This document shows, one piece after another, positions 35,346 through 42,908 of a stretch of DNA of 50,237 nucleotides. Both the position numbers and the translations under genes were made by a program. The notes beneath the pieces are model-generated. The model worked only from the letters and a program-made list of their open reading frames with translations. It ran no database searches and was not told where the DNA came from. The stretch comes from a virus. The DNA is taken from the IMG/VR virus record IMGVR_UViG_3300045971_000013, positions 1 through 50,237 of that record; one strand, 5' to 3'. Every line of letters starts with the position of its first letter. Positions within the stretch are counted from its first letter, which is position 1.

Positions 35346-35540
35346 CTATTTGTCGAACTCCGACATCTCTCCATCGTAGAACCAATCAAGGTAGGCATAG
35401 ATGCCAGCGGCAAATACGCTGTCTGTTGGATTCCATTCTTCTAACCCAGCTTCTTCAAGAGTGAGGACCTCAACTTTACCGCAGTCCTCAACATCTAAGT
35501 AGTCCAAAGCACCATCTGTTCCATTGCATTTTTTCATCAC
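35346..35540 (-). CDS. Small strongly acidic early protein
   Basis: 64 aa; 16 D/E versus 4 K/R by hand count. Confidence 0.5.
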   Translation of the reverse strand: MMKKCNGTDGALDYLDVEDCGKVEVLTLEEAGLEEWNPTDSVFAAGIYAYLDWFYDGEMSEFDK

Positions 35541-35995
35541 TAACTCCTGTTTGATATAAGTTTTTGTTTACGACGATGTTCTTGCGCCCATAGTCGTGCT
35601 CGTTCTCTAACTGTCTCTTTATTTTTCTCTCTCCAAGCTCTTTGGTAAGCTAGATTGTCATCACACAACCCACCTTTCCAATTCCCACTGCCCTCTCGTT
35701 TTGCATTTCTACCTTTGAGAACCATGTCAGCCATGTTCTCTTGATGTGTTCCTAAGAACAAGTGATCTGGATTCACACAGGCTCGGTTATCGCAAGTGTG
35801 TAGTACACACATTCCATTTGGAATAGGGCCTTTGAACATTTCATAGGCTGCTCTATGCGCCCTAATGTTTTTCTTTGTTTTTATAGAAAATAGACCATAA
35901 CCGTTTGTATTTTTACAACCAGTAAATGTCCAACAACTGTCTATTTCTTGTTTGATACGGCGCTCAAACCGAAATTGATCTGTTTCGTTATACAT
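35540..35995 (-). CDS. HNH homing endonuclease
   Basis: 151 aa; [14 protein letters not shown]...AHRAAY...[22 protein letters not shown]; paralogous in pattern to 26106..26537. Confidence 0.8.
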   Translation of the reverse strand: MYNETDQFRFERRIKQEIDSCWTFTGCKNTNGYGLFSIKTKKNIRAHRAAYEMFKGPIPNGMCVLHTCDNRACVNPDHLFLGTHQENMADMVLKGRNAKREGSGNWKGGLCDDNLAYQRAWREKNKETVRERARLWAQEHRRKQKLISNRS

Positions 35996-36053
35996 GGTAA
36001 ATCCTTAAAGTGTAGACAAATTATACATGGTAATTTCATCTACACACAAAAGA

Positions 36054-36341
36054 TCAGTGCTCTTCTCCAGACTCATTCCAGATTGAATCTTGGCATTGCT
36101 GACACATCCCACTAATCTCAAATTCACGAGCAGAGAGCAAATCCTTAAACCCAACAACAGGCTTGCTACACAGAGGACAGTTGCCCATCTTGATAGCTGC
36201 TTGAGTACCGGGGAACAGAGACTCAATAGCAGCAATCATCTCCGGAGACTTTGTGCTCAAAGTCGAGGACTTTTGCGCTGGGGATTTAGCAGACATGGGA
36301 GAGCCGTTCTCGGCTCGATGAGCCTGCGAAGGTGTTTTCAT
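36054..36341 (-). CDS. Small zinc-ribbon protein
   Basis: Start taken at MKTPSQAH with AAGGAG 7 nt upstream; C-terminal CPLC...CQQC. Confidence 0.5.
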   Translation of the reverse strand: MKTPSQAHRAENGSPMSAKSPAQKSSTLSTKSPEMIAAIESLFPGTQAAIKMGNCPLCSKPVVGFKDLLSAREFEISGMCQQCQDSIWNESGEEH

Positions 36342-36351
36342 TTGATGCTCC

Positions 36352-36687
36352 TTAATAGATTTCACGAATTGGGGTCCACTTATCAGCCTTGGTTGGATAC
36401 TTGAAACGATCAACCGTATCAGTATCATCACCATTTACCAAGATGCTCCATTCAGTGTCATCAAGCACCTCGTAGTACTGATCATTCAACTGATTCTTCA
36501 ACAGAACCATAGAAGGCATGTCGTACTGGATAGTCCGAGCACCCTTTTTGAACTCCACATCATTGATACCACGATCAGCAGGACGAATATGAGCAAATCC
36601 AAACATGAACCTGCCATCTGCATCTAAATGCTTCTCGCTATAACCAACTGCATTAAATCTATTAGCCATCAAATACTCCTTAATCAA
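36352..36687 (-). CDS. Hypothetical early protein
   Basis: 111 aa; TAAGGAG RBS; preceded by a roughly 200-nt GC-rich structured leader. Confidence 0.55.
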   Translation of the reverse strand: MIKEYLMANRFNAVGYSEKHLDADGRFMFGFAHIRPADRGINDVEFKKGARTIQYDMPSMVLLKNQLNDQYYEVLDDTEWSILVNGDDTDTVDRFKYPTKADKWTPIREIY

Positions 36688-36699
36688 ATAAACAAATGA

Positions 36700-36880
36700 A
36701 CCGGAGGGCGCTGCCTCACGGCCCCCGCAGGGAAAGGGCCGGGAGCAAGCCCGACCCTATTGTTGTAAAGACGCCGAGGGCGTCGCAGCCCGTATGCCAA
36801 ACGGCTTGGCCGTTGGCATCTCGGGGTGTCAGCCCGAGGCCGATAGGACGAGGGGTAGCATCCAGAGTGTTGATACCGTA
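36700..36880. repeat. GC-rich hairpin cluster 1
   Basis: GGGCCGGG/CCCGACCC (36736..36757), GACGCC-GAG-GGCGTC (36770..36784), ATGCCAAACGGC-TTG-GCCGTTGGCAT (36794..36819), CTCGGG-7nt-CCCGAG (36820..36838). Confidence 0.7.
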
Positions 36881-36891
36881 GAGGTACCGCA

Positions 36892-36905
36892 TGTTCCTAG
36901 TAACA
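36892..36905. promoter_or_regulatory. CTAG quasi-palindrome TGTTCCTAGTAACA, intergenic
   Basis: Exact copy between the early-cassette terminator and hairpin cluster 1; preceded by TACCGCATGTT, which recurs at 38170. Confidence 0.55.
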
Positions 36906-37030
36906 TTTGAGGAGGGGTAAGAAGAAGATTGGAGAGATATAGGCATAGCAATAGCCAATGAAGAAGAAGAAAGTGTTAGCGACTAGCGCAACAGCGCCAA
37001 CGGTGCTGTGAGCACCTAAAAGCGAACACG

Positions 37031-37049
37031 AAAAAGGGGCCGAAGCCCC
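37031..37049 (-). terminator. Rho-independent terminator of the first early gene
   Basis: Minus strand GGGGC-TTCG-GCCCC followed by TTTTT, 14 nt after the stop of 37063..37308. Confidence 0.75.
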
Positions 37050-37062
37050 TAGGTGGTCGTAA

Positions 37063-37308
37063 TCAATCTGCTTTGCGTGCCAACCAAGCCGCTGCTTGAG
37101 CATCCTTACGAGCCGCAACGAGGAGCTTGAGAGAGTTAGCCACCTCGCGGAAGTCTGCCTCGCAGGACTCGCCACGCTCTTCCATCTCGAAGATGGCTCC
37201 ACGCAGCAAGGTAGCTGCGAAGTTGAGCTTGGTGCCGACAGGCTGGTTGCCAGTCAAGCTCTTGAACTGGTCGTTCAGTGCGAAGTAAGCGTTTTTGTCT
37301 TGGGCCAT
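37063..37308 (-). CDS. First early protein (81 aa), function unknown
   Basis: AGGAGAG RBS; own terminator; GC/CpG-rich codon usage unlike most of the genome. Confidence 0.55.
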   Translation of the reverse strand: MAQDKNAYFALNDQFKSLTGNQPVGTKLNFAATLLRGAIFEMEERGESCEADFREVANSLKLLVAARKDAQAAAWLARKAD

Positions 37309-37324
37309 GTTTCTCTCCTAGGTA

Positions 37325-37555
37325 GGTTATGAGGGGGATAAGCCCCCCTCACAAACGCCCCTGCCGGGGGCTTGGGTCGTTCGAACCGCTTGGCGGTCGG
37401 ACGAGCTTGTGAATGCAGTAAGGGCTTTAGCCCCAAGGTCGTGACAGGTTCTTCGTGACCGCTTGGCGGCACGGAGGTTCTGGCGCGATTACTGCGGAAG
37501 CGCCAACCGCTTGGCGGTGGCGGTGGTCACAACCCCCCAACGGGGCTGGGGGGCT
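37325..37555. repeat. GC-rich hairpin cluster 2
   Basis: GAGGGGG/CCCCCTC (37331..37350), GCCCC/GGGGC (37357..37371), three C-TTG-G triloop hairpins (37385..37397, 37455..37472, 37502..37521), CCCCCCA/TGGGGGG (37533..37553). Confidence 0.7.
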
Positions 37556-38000
37556 TAACACACCATAACCAACCAAGGAATAAGAGAAACCTACAATGGC
37601 CCTGACACAAACCTTACCTTCATATGCACTCAATGATCTTGTTCAAACTAGAGCTATGACAGGCGAGCAGTCCTTCGATCAGTACCAACTCAACTCGACA
37701 GCTACCTCGTGCGTATGAGATGCAATCCGAATGGTAGAGCTATTGCGTGAGACCTGAACGAGGTAGTACTCCGACGAGATGGCTCTACTCACCAAGCCCT
37801 CTATGCGAGCTACGGATAGGTGCCAAGCAATAGGTTGAGAGAGCTACTGCAACGTTAGAAGACTAGGGACTGACAGACCCTAATGGTGAGCAGAAGAAGC
37901 AGAGGAGATAGATGAGAATGCGTATCAACTAGCAACTGATTGAACATACAGTGGGGGGAGATAGGTTGTTAGCAGATAAAGCTGCTCAATAGAACACAAG

Positions 38001-38022
38001 CTGTGGATAACCTGTGGATAAC
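38001..38022. promoter_or_regulatory. Two tandem perfect DnaA boxes (11-bp direct repeat CTGTGGATAAC x2)
   Basis: TGTGGATAA at 38002..38010 and 38013..38021 is the exact complement of the TTATCCACA consensus; 11-bp spacing. Confidence 0.7.
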
Positions 38023-38203
38023 ATCGACGCTGCTAATAGACAGACGTTAGGCGTAGAAGAGAGGAGATAGGGGGAGTTGTAGCCTAGCCGTACCTCTAAG
38101 TAGTAGTAGAGAGGGTAGGGGGGAGCAAATGTAGTTCTGTGTTAATTTACTTAACAAGGTTTACAACGCTACCGCATGTTTCTAAACAAGAGGGGGTTGT
38201 TGA

Positions 38204-38217
38204 TGTTACTAAGAACA
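38204..38217. promoter_or_regulatory. Degenerate CTAG motif TGTTACTAAGAACA in the control region
   Basis: 13 of 14 match; a second, shortened copy TGTTTCTAAACA lies at 38177..38188. Confidence 0.4.
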
Positions 38218-38544
38218 GTACTTAGTAAGTAGGCTCGTCCCTACGCTTCGACAGAAGCTACGGTGCTACGCACCTTGGGACTCGCTACAAGGATTCTGTT
38301 CACCTCTGTAAGAGGGTAGCTACTAATAAGAAGGGTCCCCTGTGGGACCCTATTAATACTGCTATGTTATATACCTGACCAGAAAAATAGAAAAACAGTA
38401 AAAAGAAAAAAGAATGGTTGCATTGTAGAAAAGTACAAAAACCTGTCAAGTCTTATTTTTCAACTAAAAACCCTAATGGGTTTCCATACAGTACTCCTGT
38501 AAAGGATAACATAGTACACTCCGCTTCATTGTAAGGAGATAGAC

Positions 38545-39063
38545 ATGCGTAGAGACAAAGCTAGAGACAAGCGTTACACCAAGGCTGTATGGAACCAGAG
38601 CCAGAAGCTTCAGGCTGTAAGTACTTGGTTGATGTTGGGCAACATGGCAGAGGTTGCTGTGGTTACGGGTATCCCTCTACCTACTCTTAAAGCTTGGAAG
38701 ACAGCAGACTGGTACAAAGATGCTTGTCTTCAACTTCAACAAGAAGACCTTCAGCAGACTAGTGCAAAGCTCAAGAGGATTGTTGAGAAGTCTCTTAAGG
38801 CTGTAGAAGACAGACTTGACTTGGGAGATGCTCAGTACGATCAACGTACTGGTGCAATCATTCGTATCCCTGTTAAGGCTCAAGTAGCCTTGAAGATCAG
38901 TACCGAACTGATGGCTAAGAGGGAACACATTGAAGGCAATCCCCAGAAGGAAGAAGTAGAGAAGACCATTGATGATCGTCTGTTACGACTATCGGAGGAG
39001 TTCTCTAAGTTCGCTATGTTGAAGGCTAAGGTTATTGACGTAGAGACTGTTGAGGTCAAGTGA
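38545..39063 (+). CDS. Small terminase subunit candidate
   Basis: 172 aa; first gene of the plus arm, immediately upstream of terL; N-terminal HTH-like MAEVAVVTGIPLPTLKAWK, coiled C-terminal half. Confidence 0.5.
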   Translation: MRRDKARDKRYTKAVWNQSQKLQAVSTWLMLGNMAEVAVVTGIPLPTLKAWKTADWYKDACLQLQQEDLQQTSAKLKRIVEKSLKAVEDRLDLGDAQYDQRTGAIIRIPVKAQVALKISTELMAKREHIEGNPQKEEVEKTIDDRLLRLSEEFSKFAMLKAKVIDVETVEVK

Positions 39064-39078
39064 CCGGATAGAAGTTAA

Positions 39079-40599
39079 ATGACCAAGTTGAACGCAGCAG
39101 TCATGGAGGGCTTCATCAACTCGGTGTTGAGAAGCAACTTCGATAAGCCTGCTGATACCCCCAGTTTTCACCGAGAGGTGTGGGAACTTGTTACTAGTAA
39201 CAATAAGCAGGTAGCCATAGCAGCACCTCGTTACCATGCCAAGAGCACAGCAGTAACCCATGCCTATACCCTAGCTTCAGTTCTATTCCGGGAGTCTCGC
39301 TATGTCCTTATTGTGTCGGATACAGTTACACAGGCTGTTCAATTCCTTGGAGACATCAAGAAGGAACTCTTGGACAATGAGGACCTTAGATCGTTGTTCT
39401 CAGTATCTAGCTTCCCGAAAGACACGGAAGATGATCTCATCGTCGAGATGGAAGATGGACACACTTTTCGCATACAGGCGAAGGGCAGCGAACAAAAACT
39501 TCGCGGTCTTAAATGGGCTAACCTCCGACCAGACCTAGTGATAGGTGATGACATGGAGAACGACGAGATTGTGATGAACAAGGATCGTCGTATGAAGTTC
39601 AAGAGGTGGTTCTATGGTGCTCTCATTCCTTGTATCTCTTCTAGTGGCAAGATTCGCATTGTCGGTACGATCCTACATTTGGACTCCCTTCTTGAGAACC
39701 TTATGCCCAGTTCTCAACTTAGCACTCTACGAGGTAATGGTAAACCCTTACTAATCCAAGAGGACTTGAAGGAGTACACGGACCATAAGCTACCTTGGAA
39801 GTCTGTGAAGTACAGGGCACATACGGATGACATGAAGAAGCTCTTGTGGCCCGAGATGAAGTCTGCGGAGCAGTTCAGGCTTCAGAGAGAGGACTACATA
39901 CGTCAGGGTCTAGCTGATGTGTACTCTCAGGAGATGTTGAACATCCCCTTGGACATCACGGACACCTTCTTTAAGAAGACTGACTTCGTACCCATGAAGC
40001 CAGAGGATGATAAGAAGCGTTTGGTCTACTATGCCACTTGTGACTTGGCTGTATCTCAATCCCAGAGGGCTGACTACTCTGCTTTTGTAGTGGGTGGTAT
40101 GGATGAGGAAGGCAGGTTGTACTGCAAGCATGTCATTAAAGAACGTATGGACGCTTTGGAGATTGTCGATACAATCCTGATGATCCAAAAGATTTATAAG
40201 CCCGTACTCTTTGGTCTTGAACAGGGTACTATCCAGAAAGCTATTGGTCCGGTTCTCAATGGTGAGATGCTAAAGCGAGGTGAGTTTATTTCTACTGTGC
40301 TGCTCAAGCCTAGCGGAGATAAGCTGACTAGAGCACGTAGTATCCAAGCCCGTATGAGAAGTGGAGCATGTAAGTTCGACAAGAACGCAGACTGGTACCA
40401 AGGATTTGAAGACGAGCTTCTTCGGTTCCCACGGGACAAACATGACGATCAGGTTGATGCTTGGGCTTATCTTGGTCTCATGCTCGACAGGATGTGGGAA
40501 GCTCCAACCGACAAAGAAGTAGAGGCCGAAGAGTACGATGCTTATGTACGAGATAACCAAGGGGCCAATGATGGGCGCTCCGTAACCTGTGGGTACTGA
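39079..40599 (+). CDS. terL: Large terminase subunit
   Basis: 506 aa; AIAAPRYHAKST (Walker A-like), LVIGDDMENDE (Walker B), nuclease half with YATCDLAVS and KHDDQVDAWAY. Confidence 0.85.
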   Translation: MTKLNAAVMEGFINSVLRSNFDKPADTPSFHREVWELVTSNNKQVAIAAPRYHAKSTAVTHAYTLASVLFRESRYVLIVSDTVTQAVQFLGDIKKELLDNEDLRSLFSVSSFPKDTEDDLIVEMEDGHTFRIQAKGSEQKLRGLKWANLRPDLVIGDDMENDEIVMNKDRRMKFKRWFYGALIPCISSSGKIRIVGTILHLDSLLENLMPSSQLSTLRGNGKPLLIQEDLKEYTDHKLPWKSVKYRAHTDDMKKLLWPEMKSAEQFRLQREDYIRQGLADVYSQEMLNIPLDITDTFFKKTDFVPMKPEDDKKRLVYYATCDLAVSQSQRADYSAFVVGGMDEEGRLYCKHVIKERMDALEIVDTILMIQKIYKPVLFGLEQGTIQKAIGPVLNGEMLKRGEFISTVLLKPSGDKLTRARSIQARMRSGACKFDKNADWYQGFEDELLRFPRDKHDDQVDAWAYLGLMLDRMWEAPTDKEVEAEEYDAYVRDNQGANDGRSVTCGY

Positions 40600-40601
40600 C
40601 A

Positions 40602-42683
40602 ATGAAACTCAAAGACTCCTTTAAGCTGAGTGATCTGGTCTATGAGACCAATATCGCTAACCTCCTTTGCAAAGCTGACTTGGAGGCTATTGGGTCTCAG
40701 GTTGTCAAAGACTATGACGTAGATTTGATCTCACGATCATCTTGGGAGAAGCGAACAGAGGCAAGCTTGAAGCTTGCTCTTCAGGTTGCTGAAGCTAAGA
40801 ACTTCCCTTGGCCCAATGCTTCTAACGTCAAGTTCCCCCTCATCACCATTGCTGCTCTTCAGTACCATGCTCGTAGCTATCCTGTACTTATAGACAGTGA
40901 TCTGCCTGTGAAGTGTCGGGTGATTGGTCAAGACCCTGGTGGTGTTCGTAAGATGAGAGCAGAGCGTGTTGAACAGCACATGAGCTATCAACTGCTTGAA
41001 GAGGACGAAGACTGGGAATCTGAGATGGATAAGGTTCTGATCACACAGCCTATTGTTGGTTGTGCTTTCAAGAAGTCTTACCGTGATCCAGTTAAGAAGC
41101 ACAACATCTCTGAGAATGTTCTAGCCAAAGACTTGGTTGTGAACTACTGGACTAAGAGCCTAGAGAGTGCTCCCCGTATCACCCACGTACTCCAGATGTC
41201 TCGCAATGAGATTTATGAACGTACTGCTCGTGGTACTTGGTTGGAAGGTATCTCTGAAGGACACCAACAGTCTGATGCTTCTATGCTCACAACTAGTGGC
41301 TTGCAGAATGCTCAAGACAAAGCCCAAGGTTTAACTCCTCCTGATCGTTTGGACTCTAGTACTCCTATCGAAATCCTAGAGCAACATTGCTTCATTGACT
41401 TCGATGATGATGGCTATGCAGAACCTTACATTGTGTACGTCCGTAAGGACAACAAGAAGGTAGCCCGTATCGTTGCTCGGTACTCTAGTGATGACATTGA
41501 GACTGACAAAGAAGGAACTGTTCTCTCAATCAAAGCAGAACAGTACTTCACCAAATATCCTTTCGTACCTTCTCCTGATGGTGGCTTCTATGATCTTGGC
41601 TTTGGCGTGTTGCTTGGCCCTCTTAACGAGTCTATCAATACGATCATTAACCAACTGGTTGATGCGGGAACAATGGCTAACACGGCAGGAGGGTTCCTTT
41701 CTCGTGGTATCAAACTACGTGGGGGTAACTATTCTTTCAATCCTATGGAGTGGAAGCATGTTGATACCACAGGTGATGACCTACGCAAAGGCATCGTTCC
41801 ACTTCCTGTGCGAGAACCTAGTGCAGTACTATTCACTCTCCTTAACCTTCTGATCAACTACGGTGAACGTGTTGGTGGTTCGGTAGACATCCTCACTGGT
41901 CAAAACCCCGGACAGAACACTCCTGCTGAGACTACCCGCACTATGGCAGAGCAGGGTATGAAGGTGTTCAATGGCATCTTCAAACGTACCTACCGTTCCC
42001 TCAAGCAAGAGTTCCGTAAGCTGTACCGCTTGAATCAAATCTACATCAACGAAGATCAAGAGTACGTTTCCAATGCTGATGGTGAAGGTGTGGTCTTGAT
42101 GAAAGACTACGAAGGTCCTGTTACGGATGTCATGCCTACGGCTGATCCAAGCATTACCTCTGACTCTCAACGTCATGCCCAAGCAGCAGCCATTGCTATG
42201 CGGGTTAAAGAAACTCCCGGCTTGTATGACCGCTACCAAGTGGAACGTACATTCCTCAAGGCTATGAAGTTCCCTGACATTGAACGAGTACTGCCTGATC
42301 CGAAGGGTCCTCATGCCGTTGCTCCTCCTGTCAATCCGAAGGTACAGATTGAACAGATGAAGATGCAAGCCAAGCAAGCTTCTGATCAACTCGACATGAA
42401 GATGGGATTGATGAAGCTTATGGCTGATGCAGAACTTAATCAAGCCAAGATTCAGAAGCTAGAAGCAGAGGCAGAAGCCATCAAGATTGGTATTGCTACC
42501 GAAGGTGAGCAGATGCGTCTTAACCAGATCAACACGGAAATCGCTATGCAGCGTGAACGCCGTGATGGTGTCTTGAGTTCCATACAGACCATGAACAGTG
42601 TGTATGAAACCATGATGAAGGGGCAACAGATTGCCCATGACATGAGAGGTGATTCGGAGGCACCCACATCCCCCGCTAAGTAA
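40602..42683 (+). CDS. Portal protein
   Basis: 693 aa directly after terL; size, position and coiled-coil C-terminal barrel-like tail. Confidence 0.7.
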   Translation: MKLKDSFKLSDLVYETNIANLLCKADLEAIGSQVVKDYDVDLISRSSWEKRTEASLKLALQVAEAKNFPWPNASNVKFPLITIAALQYHARSYPVLIDSDLPVKCRVIGQDPGGVRKMRAERVEQHMSYQLLEEDEDWESEMDKVLITQPIVGCAFKKSYRDPVKKHNISENVLAKDLVVNYWTKSLESAPRITHVLQMSRNEIYERTARGTWLEGISEGHQQSDASMLTTSGLQNAQDKAQGLTPPDRLDSSTPIEILEQHCFIDFDDDGYAEPYIVYVRKDNKKVARIVARYSSDDIETDKEGTVLSIKAEQYFTKYPFVPSPDGGFYDLGFGVLLGPLNESINTIINQLVDAGTMANTAGGFLSRGIKLRGGNYSFNPMEWKHVDTTGDDLRKGIVPLPVREPSAVLFTLLNLLINYGERVGGSVDILTGQNPGQNTPAETTRTMAEQGMKVFNGIFKRTYRSLKQEFRKLYRLNQIYINEDQEYVSNADGEGVVLMKDYEGPVTDVMPTADPSITSDSQRHAQAAAIAMRVKETPGLYDRYQVERTFLKAMKFPDIERVLPDPKGPHAVAPPVNPKVQIEQMKMQAKQASDQLDMKMGLMKLMADAELNQAKIQKLEAEAEAIKIGIATEGEQMRLNQINTEIAMQRERRDGVLSSIQTMNSVYETMMKGQQIAHDMRGDSEAPTSPAK

Positions 42684-42692
42684 GGAGAGTCT

Positions 42693-42908
42693 ATGAGTGA
42701 GCCATTGACGTTGGAGACCTTTGAAGAATGGAAGCATCACCCTGTAACTAAGCGGCTTATGAAGCAGCTTCGTTCAGACCGTGAGACCATGAAAGAGGGG
42801 TTGATCAACAACGCATTTGAAGAAGAGCAAGAGGTCAAAGGTCGTTGCCGTGCTATCGCGGTGATCCTTGACATTGATTACTATGATCTAGTGGAGCAAG
42901 TTAAATGA
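42693..42908 (+). CDS. Hypothetical head-module protein
   Basis: 71 aa; ATGA coupling to the next gene. Confidence 0.5.
   Translation: MSEPLTLETFEEWKHHPVTKRLMKQLRSDRETMKEGLINNAFEEEQEVKGRCRAIAVILDIDYYDLVEQVK

Noticed and set aside
36820-36838. tRNA-like anticodon arm on the minus strand: CTCGGG-CUGACAC-CCCGAG, with U33 and A37 positions and a GAC anticodon.
   Set aside because: The flanks do not form a T arm, D arm or acceptor stem. The neighbouring element is a 12-bp hairpin, not a T loop. No tRNA could be built anywhere in the non-coding regions.
37385-37521. N4-style hairpin promoters (short stem, 3-nt loop) upstream of the early genes.
   Set aside because: No virion RNA polymerase or any single-subunit RNAP motifs were recognisable, and the 1518-aa protein lacks T/DxxGR, motif B or motif C patterns. 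The loop sequences (TTG/CAA) also differ from the purine-centred N4 loops. Kept only as a generic structured-element finding.
36696-37633. ORFs inside the GC-rich hairpin clusters: 36696..36881 +, 36716..36958 -, 36897..37202 -, 37275..37472 -, 37427..37633 -. The same applies to 24462..24695 + and 24511..24759 +.
   Set aside because: The Arg/Pro/Gly/Ala-rich translations are typical of random GC-rich sequence, with no RBS. The sequence is better explained as stacked hairpins.
37625-37655. Sigma70-type early promoter on the minus strand: TTGAAC-16 nt-TATGAA. Other weak -35/-10 pairs lie in 38140..38520.
   Set aside because: Only 4 of 6 matches in each hexamer, and several equally weak alternatives exist. 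This cannot be called without transcript mapping.
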